NCBI GenBank assembly: GCA_951406725.2
Contig: OX597818.1
Span: forward strand, 45,818,001-45,882,000
Origin: Octopus vulgaris
Taxonomy: Eukaryota
Reading direction: 5' to 3'
DNA length: 64,000 nt
Shown here: piece by piece, positions 1 through 64,000 of the stretch
Numbering within the stretch: the stretch's first letter is position 1
How the letters are laid out: the number at the start of each line of letters is the position of its first letter
The notes under the pieces: model-generated
Databases searched by the model: none
The model's input: only the letters and a program-made list of their open reading frames with translations
Told to the model about the DNA's origin: nothing
Translations under genes and position numbers: made by a program

Positions 1-61678
<61,678 letters not shown>

Positions 61679-62149
61679 CTGGAATATAAGAAAAAGTAAA
61701 TAGTTTCTTTTTAATGATTTTCAAAATCAAAAGTGTTTTTCTTTTCTTGAATCTTAAGGTATATATTTTAAAATTATTGGATGCAATCACTATGTAAGAA
61801 AAAACAACAATTTCTAGACAAAAACATCATTTGCTTCATATTATAAATCAAATTTTGATAACTGCTTCTGCAATTATGAAAAATATACAAAGCAAGTTAT
61901 GGAGTAAAAACTTTGAATCTCTCTTGATTGGGGACACATGCATCTCTATTAAACATATCCTACTGAAACGGTAAGCATTGAACATAAAATTTGTTTTAGT
62001 GACTGCAACAATAAGCCATACTCATTGTAATTTAAGAAGTATTAGCAACAATAACACCACCACAGCTACAACAACAACTGCTGCCACTACCACCACTCTG
62101 AAGTTGATAAATATCAGTCAAGTTAGTAGTAGTAGTGGTGGTGGTGTCA

Positions 62150-62990
62150 CTTTGATGGTATGTCCAGTCAAGAAACAATACATCCATAGGTGTGACAGAG
62201 TTGGGACTTGTATATGCTAGAAGCTATACTAGCATTGTGAAATACCAACAGAAAAGAGATAGTATCAGCATACATAAGAAAAGCTCTCCAAGAATGTCAA
62301 AACAATTATAACTTGGGACACATCGACACAGACAGGAGATCAAGAATAAATGACAGGACATTGTTATCAAGGCACCCAAGAAAAGAAATGCTGCCTTATC
62401 AACATATCAGTCCTAACGAATGATAATGTATTGGGTTGTCCGGAAAGTTTGTGTCAATTTTTAAAGGAAAGAAAAAGGTCAATGCACAACGTATCTCCAC
62501 CTTTCCTTTATCTTGAAAATACCCTCTTTACAGAATCGAGGTGGTTTCATGGCAAACAATTCATCAAGGTATCTTTTTACATCATCCAAGGAATTGAAAT
62601 TTTTACCATTAAGACTATTCTGCAGAGACCTGAATAAGTGGAAATCCGAAGGAGCAATATCTGGTGAATATGGAGGGTGGGGTAACACATCCCAGCCAAG
62701 CTGCAGCAATTTTTGTCTGGTTCCCAAAGCATCAAGTGCCGAAAATGAACTTTCTTACCTTCCATTTTAAAGGGTTACAGAATTAACACAGGTTATAGGA
62801 ACATCAACTTTCTTTCACGAAAAAATAACTTAAACTGTACTTTAAATGGAGGTGTAGTCAAATCCTATTTTATGGACTCAACCATGTTCTAAAATAAGTC
62901 AAAATGTAAGCTACTATAAATCGGCACAAACTTTCCGGACAACCCAATATCTCTCACAGAAATGGAGAAATTATCCAACTACAATAATCT
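62150..62990 (+). mobile_element. R4-like RLE-domain LINE relic interrupted by mariner
   Basis: DIVI...CCLINISV|...EMEKLSNY remnants on either side of the mariner. Confidence 0.5.
62429..62949 (-). mobile_element. Internally deleted mariner element
   Basis: TA TSD, TIRs; ORF 62479-62727 has LGWDVLPHPPYSPDIAPSDFHLFRSLQN. Confidence 0.92.
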
Positions 62991-63199
62991 GCTGCTGCTG
63001 CTGATGATGATGATAGTTTGGTGGTGATGGTGATGATGATGATGATGCTGATAAAGCATATCAACAGTATTAGTTTCACATCAATCTTATCCTTGTGTCA
63101 ATAGAGATGTTTTAGTTGAACTAGCAAGACGTCATACTTCAGAGCATTTGTGTTGGAAAAAAAACTGGACTTATATATATATATATATATATATATGCA

Positions 63200-63680
63200 C
63201 CGGGCCTCACTGAGGCAATGGCGAAGGACCGAGATCTCTGGAGATATGCTGTGACTGCAAAGACCCGGGCTGCTTCCTGCACCAGTTCTGCATAGCCCCT
63301 GCCCATTTAAAGAACTTGGATTCCAGAACATCCCGCTGTGCTTGAGGAGACCTGTTGAGTCAATTACATGAACATCGAAATAAATATCAGTGGAAATAGT
63401 AGTTGTGATACCTGTGCCGGTGGCACATAAAAAGCACCGTCCGAGCATGGCCGTTTGCCAGCCTTATCTGGCACCTGTGTCAGTGGCACATAAAAAGCAC
63501 CCACTACACTCACGGAGTGGTTGGCATTAGGAAGGGCATCCAGCTGTAGAAACACCGCCAGATCTGACTGGCCTGGTGCAGCCTTTGGGCTTCCCAGACC
63601 CCAGTTGAACCGTCCAACCCATGCTAGCATGGAAAGCGGACGTTAAACGAAGATGATGATGATGATGATGATGATGATAA
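63200..63680 (+). mobile_element. S4 retroposon
   Basis: Homology, GAT tail. Confidence 0.8.
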
Positions 63681-64000
63681 TGCCTGTACATAATACCAAT
63701 TTTACAAATCTATATCATTAAAGTCTCTATTTCAATATGCCACTTACAAGAAGAGATTCGTTACATAAATAAAGGCATGGTATATACATGTAGCAATCTG
63801 GGGGACGAGGAGCATGTACTTAATTGTGTGGCTAATAAAATGCCTGATATTTTAATCTAATGAATGATAATATAACAGGAAGTACAGATGTTTTTCGGAG
63901 TGACAGTGTACTAATTATAGCAACTATTGTATCGAACTGCAGTGAGGAAATAGTAGTGAACTTTGGTTTTAGGTTAAAAACAAAACAAAGAGCAGACGTT

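Noticed and set aside
61700-64000. Upstream ABCA exons or start codon
   Set aside because: No ABCA-like peptide with splice sites was recognised; they probably lie beyond the window.

Overview
AT-rich eukaryotic DNA. The SINE, microsatellite and transposon content resembles an octopod cephalopod genome; this is an inference from repeat style only. The whole window lies inside one minus-strand ABCA-subfamily (ABCA3-like) transporter gene. I traced 18 coding exons by hand (4596 nt, ~1530 aa) with GT-AG junctions and consistent phases, covering most of ECD1/TMD1, NBD1, TMD2 and NBD2. The N-terminal exons were not found and the last exon runs off position 1. Introns contain at least four SINE-like families, RTE, CR1, R4/Dong and Hero-like LINE fragments, mariner relics, piggyBac-, hAT- and Merlin-like MITEs, Helitron-like elements and long microsatellites. 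Top finding: the intron at 39.6-46.4 kb holds a cluster of hammerhead-ribozyme motifs from three unrelated repeat families. One is a canonical type I hammerhead on the pre-mRNA strand, repeated with a 493-bp period (retrozyme/Penelope-like). Also notable are a Merlin-like MITE that appears to have carried flanking DNA from a donor site ~5.8 kb away, and several perfect or long palindromes. The 40-45.6 kb region is a patchwork of local duplications and may be partly mis-assembled.
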